A stretch of 11,496 nucleotides of DNA from Thermoplasmata archaeon (lineage in GTDB: Archaea > Thermoplasmatota > Thermoplasmata > SG8-5), in contig JAWOHM010000029.1 of NCBI GenBank assembly GCA_046485165.1, positions 1 to 11,496 of the forward strand, written 5' to 3'. Below the pieces are notes generated by a model. That model was given only the letters and a program-made list of their open reading frames with translations. It did not search any database and had not been told where the DNA came from. Numbering within the stretch: position 1 is the stretch's first letter; every line of letters starts with the position of its first letter. This document shows positions 1 to 6,505 of the stretch, piece after piece. A program made the translations under genes and the position numbers.

Positions 1-356
1 GTAGTAGGTTGCTCATTGGGTCTGATGCAGACTGTCTCATAATCAATTGGCGCGAATAAACCTATCAGAATTACATCATATCCAGATAGACTAATCCAAT
101 TTGGAGATACTGTTCCCGCAAACAATAAGCGGTAACCATCTACCTTGAATTCATCAGGAAGATGCATTGGTGCATATGTCTCGCCATTATCTGTGATTAA
201 TAAGTAACCCCTAAAATCTAAAATTTGACGCCAAACGATTGTACCTGTGCCGGATATCTGTTTGTCAGCTGTCTGAGATTGTTGAGCATAAACACCAATA
301 ACCAATGCTGTGGTGATTAGAATTGCGACCAGCCAGATACTTATTAATCGTTTCAT
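1..356 (-). CDS. Partial hypothetical secreted protein. The N-terminal 118 codons read MKRLISIWLVAILITTALVIGVYAQQ..., a signal-peptide-like start. The 3' end lies beyond the window edge.
   Basis: An ATG sits on the minus strand at 356-354. I translated the frame by hand down to position 3 and found no stop. It is absent from the ORF track only because it is truncated by the window edge. The hydrophobic N-terminus looks like a signal peptide. The region is AT-rich, unlike the rest of the window. A TATA-like cattatataga lies about 35 nt upstream on the minus strand. Confidence 0.5.
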   Translation of the reverse strand, partial: MKRLISIWLVAILITTALVIGVYAQQSQTADKQISGTGTIVWRQILDFRGYLLITDNGETYAPMHLPDEFKVDGYRLLFAGTVSPNWISLSGYDVILIGLFAPIDYETVCIRPNEQPT

Positions 357-372
357 CTTCTACCTATAACAA

Positions 373-402
373 TAATGATTTCGTATCTATATAATGATTT
401 CG
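373..402. promoter_or_regulatory. Two copies of a 12-bp direct repeat ATAATGATTTCG (373-384 and 391-402) in the upstream region of the minus-strand secreted-protein gene. They overlap a TATA-like element.
   Basis: Exact 12-mer direct repeat read in the sequence. Its position matches the expected promoter of the ORF that starts at 356. Confidence 0.3.
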
Positions 403-440
403 GCAACCTACTATGCTATAGCCAGCACCCTCCGCTACGC

Positions 441-719
441 CAAGTGAATGCACAGGTGTGTATATAAATCCTGCGCCGCGGTCGCCTGATTTATTTCACC
501 TGTGTTTTTGCTCCCCGCCCCTTCGTTGTACTCGTGGTTCCTTCGCCGTAACGTTGGGAGAATGGTGGCTCGGAACCGTGCGCTTTGCTGGAATTACGGC
601 AGTACAGGTCGCAAAGCTCCGGCGAGGCATCACCAGTCGCTCACGTCAATTCTAAAGAAAGATCGTTTTCGCTCCAACTCTCTCCTTATACTGAAAAACA
701 AGTATGGCCAGTCGTTCGT
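441..719 (+). repeat. Copy 1 of a ~280-bp structured tandem repeat. It starts CAAGTGAATGCACA and carries the hairpin cacaggtg...cacctgtg followed by TTTTT.
   Basis: These blocks are shared with copy 2: caagtgaatgcaca, ctccccgNccc..cgttgtactNgtg, aaccgtgcgctttgctg and caggtcgcaaagctccggcgaggcatca. There is an internal stem gcgctttgc/gcaaagc. The small ORFs in the track here overlap each other in different frames and are probably not coding. Confidence 0.55.
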
Positions 720-934
720 CAAGTGAATGCACAAGGTCAGATAAATACCTTGTGGCATGACTCCCCGTCCCTGCGTTGTACTTGTGATTGCTCGGGTTAT
801 GCTTACACATCGACCCCTCGCAACCGTGCGCTTTGCTGTCTTAACGTCGTTGGCAGGTCGCAAAGCTCCGGCGAGGCATCAACGGGCCCTCTCGTCGAAC
901 ATATCAAAAGATAGTTCTCGGGCCAGCTTCGGTC
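720..934 (+). repeat. Copy 2 of the ~280-bp structured tandem repeat. The equivalent hairpin is cacaaggt...accttgtg, with compensatory changes relative to copy 1.
   Basis: Same conserved blocks as copy 1. The 5' hairpin arms differ between copies yet remain complementary within each copy (caggtg/cacctg versus caaggt/accttg). Confidence 0.55.
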
Positions 935-1000
935 GTCATGAGATTAACAAGGAGACATAATAATTCGTTCAACACGCAAAAAAATCAGTTGATAAGGGAA

Positions 1001-1201
1001 TTATCCCATAAATCGCATAATTTCTCGATCAACAGCGTAATAAATGCAATAGAGTATAAAGAGGATAATCAAAGTAACAATTATTGCCAGTATTGCCCTT
1101 GAAATAATTGATTTGAACTTGTATTTTTTTGCTTCAATAGGTACGGTATGCTCCTCGTTTTGAAATCTCATAACTTCCCTCGCCAAGTCACGTACTCCCA
1201 T
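1001..1201 (-). CDS. Hypothetical small protein (66 aa) with a C-terminal hydrophobic helix, in the AT-rich block.
   Basis: Complete ORF. On the minus strand a TATA-like ctatatata lies about 20-25 nt upstream of the ATG. There is no recognisable family, so coding is uncertain. Confidence 0.3.
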   Translation of the reverse strand: MGVRDLAREVMRFQNEEHTVPIEAKKYKFKSIISRAILAIIVTLIILFILYCIYYAVDREIMRFMG

Positions 1202-1243
1202 AATATCGTATTAGGTATATATAGCTTATATCTGCTTATATCA

Positions 1244-1326
1244 GCTAACATACCCCGCCCTTACAGACGAGGCTTGTAGCATATTATTGCCACGAGTCTG
1301 TAGGGAGTATGTTAGCTAACGCCGCG
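1244..1326. repeat. Long imperfect palindrome. The outer 11-bp arms are agctaacatac / gtatgttagct. The inner arms are acagac / gtctgt.
   Basis: Inverted repeats read directly in the sequence. They lie at the AT-rich/GC-rich composition boundary. Confidence 0.4.
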
Positions 1327-1483
1327 CGTGTCTCATTGTTATTATGGGGTACGTGACCGATGCCTCGTTTGAATTGCCTGGTATGTCTGCCAGGCAATAA
1401 AAATTCCCCGCCGGGAACGAGGTTCTACGCCGAGTTCAAAACTCGGCTAGCTCGCAACGAGGTTTCGTTGCTCGTGAACCCGT

Positions 1484-1680
1484 GAAGACTGGGGTCTTGG
1501 CGGTCTTCAGCCGCTCGCCATACCTGGCTTGGCTATCCCGGCATTTTTGGGTGCGTTAATTATATAAACCCTCGACAACATATATGTCCCTAGAGACTGG
1601 GGGTCTAACGGTATTCAGCCGACAATCGGCTACCAGGGTCCACCGCATACCCCAAATGCGGCCTTTCCTTTTAAACCTCT
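1484..1680 (+). ncRNA. Two related hairpin-rich segments. Each begins ga(a)gactgggg(g)tct and ends in an oligo-T run (ggcatttttgg at ~1541-1551; cctttcctttt at ~1665-1675). They are candidate small RNAs or transcription attenuators.
   Basis: Direct reading shows the stems gaagac/gtcttc, agccga/tcggct and ccgcat/atgcgg. A TATA-like ttaattatataaaccc at ~1557-1572 lies about 25 nt upstream of the second segment. There is no credible ORF on the + strand. Confidence 0.25.
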
Positions 1681-1749
1681 ATCCCAGGTCGCCGAAACTA
1701 CTTCCCCGCCGCAAGTATTATATGTAAGCCCCGTCATAACAGTACTTAC

Positions 1750-1953
1750 ATGCCTGACATCAAGTACAGCGCCCACGCCAGGAAGCGGATGGTGGAGCGC
1801 GGCATCTCGCCCGGGGAGGTGCGGGAGGCCATCAGCAAGGGCAGCAAGTCCCTGGACGGCAGCCTGATAACCTCCGTTCACCGGCACCTGAAGGTAGTGT
1901 TCCGGAGAATCAACGACGACTGGTATGTGATAACAGTGATGCTGAGGTGGTAG
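1750..1953 (+). CDS. DUF4258-family protein, a putative type II toxin (67 aa).
   Basis: The N-terminus MPDIKYSAHARKRMVERGISPGEVREAI matches the DUF4258 signature (I.YS.HA..RM.ERGIS..EV.E.). It is small and overlaps or abuts the downstream antitoxin-like gene. A TATA-like tattatat lies about 27-34 nt upstream, consistent with a leaderless transcript. Confidence 0.7.
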   Translation: MPDIKYSAHARKRMVERGISPGEVREAISKGSKSLDGSLITSVHRHLKVVFRRINDDWYVITVMLRW

Positions 1954-1955
1954 TG

Positions 1956-2288
1956 ATGAAGAAATGCCCGATATGCGGAAGAAGTGCCCTGAAAGAGGCA
2001 AAGGTCGAGGAGGAGATGTTCGGAGTGGGCCTGGGCCAGTACGATGCCGAGGTCTGCCAGAAGTGCGGAGAATCGTTCCTTGACCAGAGTGAGATGGAGA
2101 GGATGGAGGCCAGAGCCAAGGAGCTGGGGGTCTGGGGACTCGGAAAGCGCATCAAGGTGGTGAAATCAGGAAATTCCTTAAGCGTCCGAATTCCTGCACA
2201 GATAGCGGAATACCTGGACTTGACAGAGGGCAAGAGCGTATTCCTGTACCCGGACGGGAAGGACCGCATCGTCGTGGAAGTCAGTTGA
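1956..2288 (+). CDS. Putative antitoxin with an N-terminal YgiT/MqsA-type zinc ribbon (CPICG...CQKCGE) and a C-terminal AbrB/MazE/SpoVT swapped-hairpin domain (KVVKSGNSLSVRIPAQIAEYLDLTEGKSVFLYPDGKDRIVVEV).
   Basis: Motifs recognised by eye. GAGGTG at 1944-1949 is a ribosome-binding site 6 nt before ATG 1956. The alternative GTG start at 1947 given in the track overlaps the toxin stop. The final codon and stop (AGT TGA) are supplied by the first IS-type unit. Confidence 0.7.
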   Translation: MKKCPICGRSALKEAKVEEEMFGVGLGQYDAEVCQKCGESFLDQSEMERMEARAKELGVWGLGKRIKVVKSGNSLSVRIPAQIAEYLDLTEGKSVFLYPDGKDRIVVEVS

Positions 2289-2512
2289 ATGCAACATCCA
2301 GCAATTGAAAACAGCGCATTCGACGATGGCCCGTTAAAATATCCAAACTGAATCCAGGGCCATGTGACTCGAAACATTCTGCCAGCAATCGGTGCATTCG
2401 ATTCTAAATGCAAGCGATGTAGAGAATGCGCCATGGGTAGTCACTTTCCAAGCAAACACTCCCACTGCGAAAGGCCGGTAATCTGCAATCACCAAACAAT
2501 GAGATTACCGGG
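2283..2512 (+). mobile_element. IS200/IS605-type end unit A. It starts AGTTGAATGC and contains four hairpins: gaatgc/gcattc, atggccc/gggccat, gcattc/gaatgc and ccggtaatc/gattaccgg.
   Basis: Units B and C are homologous to it. The hairpin stems are conserved through compensatory substitutions. It lies next to tnpA. Confidence 0.6.
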
Positions 2513-2570
2513 GAAGAGCGTCTTCCTGTACCCGGACGGAAAGGATCGCATCGTTGTGGAAGTCGATTAG
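2510..2570 (+). pseudogene. Displaced 3' fragment of an AbrB-type antitoxin gene (…GKSVFLYPDGKDRIVVEVD*). It is a diverged duplicate of 2224-2285.
   Basis: About 90% nucleotide identity to the 3' end of the intact antitoxin gene. There is no start or N-terminal coding part. The N-terminal portion of track ORF 2364..2570 lies inside the repeat unit. Confidence 0.6.
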
Positions 2571-2626
2571 TACTTTCGCCCACCCCCTGTTCCGACTTAT
2601 ATACCCGCCTCTTCATAGCCCCACCC

Positions 2627-3040
2627 ATGAAAGCAGAACAGTGGGGAAGGAGGCACACGTCCAGCATGTTGACGGATCACATGGTCTTTACCACGAAATT
2701 CAGAGCGAAGGTGCTGGTCGGGAAGATCGCGGAGGACTGCGATGCCACAATCCGAAAAACATGCAAAAACCTGGACATCGAAATACTGCAAATGGCCGTG
2801 GCCGAGGACCATGTGCACCTGTTCGTGCAGCATCCCCCCGAATTAAGTCCCAGCAAGATGGCTGAGAAGGTGAAGAGCAATTCCAGCCGGGAACTCAGGG
2901 CGGCGCACCCAGAGCTGGTGAAATGGTGCAAAACAGGGCTGTGGGCGCCTGGGTGTTTCCATGGCAGTGTGGGGCACGGGTTCGATGTCGTCGAACAGTA
3001 TATCAAAGGCCAGCAAAAATACAGAAGAAACGATAGTTGA
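2627..3040 (+). CDS. tnpA: IS200/IS605-family Y1 (HuH) transposase TnpA (137 aa).
   Basis: Carries the HuH motif HVHLFV, the conserved DHMVFTTKFR block, and the catalytic-Tyr region VVEQYIKGQ near the C-terminus. Length is typical. A TATA-like cttatatacc lies about 25 nt upstream. The stop codon is supplied by AGTTGA of unit B. Confidence 0.9.
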   Translation: MKAEQWGRRHTSSMLTDHMVFTTKFRAKVLVGKIAEDCDATIRKTCKNLDIEILQMAVAEDHVHLFVQHPPELSPSKMAEKVKSNSSRELRAAHPELVKWCKTGLWAPGCFHGSVGHGFDVVEQYIKGQQKYRRNDS

Positions 3041-3261
3041 ATGCGAATGGTTACAAATAATTCCTTAGCATTCGACGATGGCGCGGCAACATTTAATAAC
3101 TAAATCAGCGCCATAAATTCACTTCATTTAGCAAACAAATGGTGAATGCGAATCTAAATCCAAAAAGAAAAGAGCATTCGCCCTGGGTAGTCATTTTAAA
3201 AACAAACATTCCCACTGCGAATGGCCGGTAATCGGCAATTTGCATGCAATGAGATTACCGG
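3035..3261 (+). mobile_element. IS200/IS605-type end unit B. It starts AGTTGAATGC and contains four hairpins: gaatgc/gcattc, atggcgc/gcgccat, gaatgc/gcattc and ccggtaatc/gattaccgg.
   Basis: Collinear with units A and C. It overlaps the last codon and stop of tnpA. Confidence 0.6.
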
Positions 3262-3461
3262 AATTAAGTCCCAGCAAGATGGCTGAGAAGGTGAAGAGCA
3301 ATTCCAGCCGGGAACTCAGGGCGGCGCACCCAGAGCTGGTGAAATGGTGCAAAACAGGGCTGTGGGCGCCTGGGTGTTTCCATGGCAGCGTGGGGCACGG
3401 ATTCGATGTGGTGGAGCAATACATCAAAGGCCAGCAATCATATAAACGATACGGTAGTTGA
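3262..3461 (+). pseudogene. Truncated tnpA covering only the C-terminal ~67 codons. It is fused directly to the terminal hairpin of unit B.
   Basis: The first ~135 nt are identical to tnpA 2838-2972, after which the sequence diverges. The HuH motif and N-terminal half are missing. The start codon of track ORF 3240..3461 lies inside the hairpin. Confidence 0.7.
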
Positions 3462-3681
3462 ATGCGTCTGTAATCTTTTGCCGGTAGAGCATTCAACCAT
3501 GGCGCGATAACAATCTGCAAACTAAATAAGCGCCATAAAACAACCATCAACTAAACAATTGGTGAATGCGAAAACTAAATCCAAACAGGAAAAAGCATTC
3601 GCCCTGAATCAACATTCTATAAATAAACAGATTCAAGAAATTTCGCCGTAATCGCCAATCTGGAATCGATGAGATTACGGC
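3456..3681 (+). mobile_element. IS200/IS605-type end unit C. It is the most diverged copy and its last hairpin is gccgtaatc/gattacggc.
   Basis: Same AGTTGAATGC start and the same four-hairpin layout with compensatory changes. It overlaps the stop of the tnpA fragment. Confidence 0.55.
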
Positions 3682-3776
3682 GAGAAACACTTTCGGTGAC
3701 CCCCCGTCAACCCTTTTATACCATTTCGAAGATAGGGGATGCAACCGATCACCGGTAAGAAAAAGGAAGTGATCCA

Positions 3777-5087
3777 ATGGCACAGAAATATGAGAAGGAC
3801 GTAAAGGATATTTTGAGCATCCTGGGCGAGGACGCGGACAGGAAAGAGATAGAGAAGGAATTGAAGAGCTACATCGAGGAATTCAGGCTTTCTGCCGTCG
3901 AGGCGAAGAAACTCGTGCTCAGAAAGCATGGGGCGGGAAGCGCCGCAGGGCCCGAGGCCATGGATAAGACCATCAAGGAACTCACGCCGATGGACAAGAA
4001 CGTCAATGTTCTTGGCCGGGTGCTGTTCGCGGCCGAGAAGGTAATCAAAGCCGACGGCAAGGAGAAGGCGATAATATCGGGCATACTGGGCGACGAGTCC
4101 GGAACCGTTCCGTTCACCCACTGGGAGAAGGGCGCGCTCAGCCTGGCCAAGGGCGACGTCATCCGGCTGGAGCATGCCTATGTGACCGAGTACAAGGACG
4201 AGCCGCAGCTGAACATCGGCAATCGTGGGAGAATCACGAAGCTGGACAAGTCAGAGATGCCCGAATACAAGGGCGCGGCATCCAGGCCTGCAAGGGCTTG
4301 CAAGGTGTCCGAGCTTGGCGAGGCTACAGGCAACATCTCGCTTGTCGCCCGCATCCTGGAGATGGAATCCAGGGAGGTGACGGTCAGCGGGGAGAAGAAG
4401 GACGTGCTGAGCGGCATAATGGCCGACGAAACCGGAAAGGTATCCTTCACCTGCTGGGGGAAGTGCAAGGTCAAGGAGGGGGACGTGGTTACGGTGCATA
4501 CCGGATACCTGAGAAGGTGGAGGGGCATGCCCCAGTTCAATTTTGACGCGGCCAATGCTGAAAAATCCGATGAGAAGATGCCGAAGAGCACGGAACTCCA
4601 GAAACCCTCGCTGGTGACAATCGAGCATCTGGCCAGGGTGGGGGGAATGGTCGACGCCTCCATTAACGGCGTGGTCCTGGACGTTCGCGAGGGCAGCGGC
4701 CTGGTGGAGAGATGCCCGGAGTGCAACCGGGTTCTCCAGAAAAGCGAGTGCCGGCTGCATGGCAAGGTCGAGGGAAAGGACGACCTCCGGGTCAAGGCGA
4801 TAGTGGATGACGGCACAGGCGCGATAAGCGCCATCATGGGCCGGGACATCACCGAGAAGCTGCTCGGGAAATCCATGGAAAAGTGCCTGAAGGAGGCGCA
4901 GAAGGCCATGAGCCGCGAGATTATCTGGGACCAGCTTTTCCAGAAACTTGTCGCAATGCCGGTCTGCGTATCCGGGAATGTCACATCCGACGACTTCGGG
5001 CTCATGCTCATTGCCACGTCCACCGAGTTCCTGAACGAGGACCCGCAGGACAGGGCCAGGAAGATGCTGGAAGAGGTGATGGAATGA
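3777..5087 (+). CDS. rpa: Replication protein A (RPA1-like) single-strand DNA-binding protein with three OB folds and a C4 zinc ribbon (CPECN...CRLHG).
   Basis: OB-fold repeats and a zinc ribbon typical of euryarchaeal RPA41/RPA70-like DBD-C. The ribosome-binding site is ggaagtgat. The stop overlaps the next start (ATGA), indicating translational coupling. Confidence 0.8.
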   Translation: MAQKYEKDVKDILSILGEDADRKEIEKELKSYIEEFRLSAVEAKKLVLRKHGAGSAAGPEAMDKTIKELTPMDKNVNVLGRVLFAAEKVIKADGKEKAIISGILGDESGTVPFTHWEKGALSLAKGDVIRLEHAYVTEYKDEPQLNIGNRGRITKLDKSEMPEYKGAASRPARACKVSELGEATGNISLVARILEMESREVTVSGEKKDVLSGIMADETGKVSFTCWGKCKVKEGDVVTVHTGYLRRWRGMPQFNFDAANAEKSDEKMPKSTELQKPSLVTIEHLARVGGMVDASINGVVLDVREGSGLVERCPECNRVLQKSECRLHGKVEGKDDLRVKAIVDDGTGAISAIMGRDITEKLLGKSMEKCLKEAQKAMSREIIWDQLFQKLVAMPVCVSGNVTSDDFGLMLIATSTEFLNEDPQDRARKMLEEVME

Positions 5088-6052
5088 AATCCAGGGAGAT
5101 AGCATGGAGGATGCTTGCGGGGGAACTGAACGATTCCTCGCTGGTTGTCACAAGCGATGAGGAGAGGGCGCCAACCTATGTCATAACGCCGCTGGGCGCC
5201 AAGGTGAACCGCGTGTACATCGTGGGCGTGGTCACAGACCTGGAGAACGTTGGCACCCCTGACGAGGCAAGGTGGAAGGCAAAAATAATAGACCCGACCG
5301 GCACCACATACGTTTCGGCCGGCCAGTTCCAGCCCGAAGCTGCAGCCGCGATGTCGAAACTATCCGTCCCGGGTTTCGCGGCGGTCATCGGCAAGGTCCG
5401 GGTCTATAGCCCAGAGGAGGGGGTCATGTACATCTCCATCCGCCCGGAGGTCGTGAGGGCCGTGGACAAGAACATACGGAACTCATGGGTGATGGACGCC
5501 TGCGCCTCCCTGAAGCAGAGGCTGGAGGCGAACTCGGAAGCCAGCAAGATGGATGGAATAAGCGCAGAAGGGCTCGCAAGCCTGGGCTTCAGCCAGAACC
5601 TTGCGGAAGGCATTGTCTCCGCAAGGGAGCATTATGGCGAGGACATCCCCCTGGAAAAATATCAATCGATGCTCATCGATTCCCTGAGGTCCCTCATTCC
5701 CGAGGAGGGGGGCGCGCCTGACCTCCCGGAACCGGAAGAGGCAAAAGAGCCGGAGCCGGACGATTACGATGAGTTCGAGGAGAGCGTGGACATCCCGCCA
5801 ACCCCACCAGTGGCGCAAGATGAGCCGGCCGGGAAGGTGGAGTCCGACGAAGAACTGACCGACGATGAGGAAAAACTGCTCAAGGTCATAACCGCCGAGG
5901 ACCCGAAAACCGCAGGCCTGGACTGGGACATGCTTGCTAAAGCGGCCAAGAAGGCCGGGCTTAAAAAGGAAGCTTTCGAGGAAGCCATAGAAGGATTGCT
6001 GGACAAGGGCCTGATATACGAGCCGATGCTGGGGAAGATCCGCAAGATATGA
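5084..6052 (+). CDS. RPA2/RPA32-like subunit with an N-terminal OB fold, an acidic linker and a C-terminal winged-helix domain.
   Basis: An OB-fold-like block VNRVYIVGVVTDLENVG..., a long Asp/Glu/Pro linker and a C-terminal wH-like helix. Coupled to rpa by the ATGA overlap, with AGGTGA 5 nt upstream. The track's longer ORF from 4883 is an in-frame upstream extension overlapping rpa and is rejected. Confidence 0.65.
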   Translation: MKSREIAWRMLAGELNDSSLVVTSDEERAPTYVITPLGAKVNRVYIVGVVTDLENVGTPDEARWKAKIIDPTGTTYVSAGQFQPEAAAAMSKLSVPGFAAVIGKVRVYSPEEGVMYISIRPEVVRAVDKNIRNSWVMDACASLKQRLEANSEASKMDGISAEGLASLGFSQNLAEGIVSAREHYGEDIPLEKYQSMLIDSLRSLIPEEGGAPDLPEPEEAKEPEPDDYDEFEESVDIPPTPPVAQDEPAGKVESDEELTDDEEKLLKVITAEDPKTAGLDWDMLAKAAKKAGLKKEAFEEAIEGLLDKGLIYEPMLGKIRKI

Positions 6053-6155
6053 TGGTTGAACCATAAATATCGGGATGGATGGCATTTCCGGGCATTCCCG
6101 CCCAACCTTAATATACTTGATTATTGATATTCATAAAAAAAAATGAGGCGAGGAT

Positions 6156-6503
6156 ATGAGAAAGAACGACATCATGTACTACGTGGGATGGTTCACCCTG
6201 CTGATATTGCTGGGCGTGTGGATGCTGGTTTGGGCCCTTGGAGCGGCGAGGATGGGTGAGGCGTTCCTGCTCTGGCTCATGAGCGCCGGAATATTGCTGA
6301 TAATCATCAGTTTCGTTTCCGGGCCCAGGGGAATCTCGAGCTTCCTGCTCGGCGCCGGGCTGGCGCTGACAGTCTTCACGCTGATATTGCTGGGCATAGC
6401 CAGCAACATCCTGGGCGGGCTCGTGGGCACGGCCGTCGGAATAATTTTAATAGGCATCATTGGATTGGCATTGCTGTTCAGAAACATCAGAGTGGAGGCA
6501 TGA
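6156..6503 (+). CDS. Small integral membrane protein of 115 aa with 3-4 predicted transmembrane helices.
   Basis: Strongly hydrophobic segments. It is the first gene of a tightly packed operon whose stop is followed by the next start after 2 nt. Confidence 0.55.
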   Translation: MRKNDIMYYVGWFTLLILLGVWMLVWALGAARMGEAFLLWLMSAGILLIIISFVSGPRGISSFLLGAGLALTVFTLILLGIASNILGGLVGTAVGIILIGIIGLALLFRNIRVEA

Positions 6504-6505
6504 AA

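Noticed and set aside
1-414. 11/12-bp inverted repeat between 1-12 and 403-414 as evidence for an invertible segment
   Set aside because: One arm sits exactly at the arbitrary window edge. A single 11-bp match could be chance, so it is kept only as a low-weight remark under the AT-rich block finding.
458-960. Small + strand ORFs 458..655, 502..726, 585..914, 757..960 and minus 630..863
   Set aside because: They overlap each other in different frames within the tandem structured repeats. The repeat conservation pattern is that of RNA or DNA structure, not codons.
1430-1454. tRNA-like T-arm ccgag-ttcaaaa-ctcgg
   Set aside because: No complementary acceptor-stem sequence sits at the expected distance upstream, and no anticodon or D-arm can be built, so this is not a tRNA gene.
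1630-2434. Minus-strand ORFs 1630..2001 and 1910..2434
   Set aside because: They overlap the TA pair and hairpin unit A on the opposite strand and have no recognisable domains. The + strand genes have clear family signatures.
2364-2570. 68-aa ORF ending with the AbrB-like tail
   Set aside because: Only the last ~20 codons are homologous to the antitoxin. The N-terminal part is read through hairpin unit A, so I treat it as a displaced gene fragment, a pseudogene.
4883-5083. Upstream in-frame extension of the RPA2-like ORF (track start 4883)
   Set aside because: It overlaps the rpa coding region in another frame. An internal ATG at 5084 has an AGGTGA ribosome-binding site and an ATGA stop/start overlap typical of translational coupling.
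4251-5105. 284-aa minus-strand ORF, plus further minus ORFs at 4178..5023, 3675..4175 and 3869..4162
   Set aside because: They are antisense to the well-supported rpa gene. Long stop-free antisense frames are expected at ~60% GC, and I see no motifs or start context.
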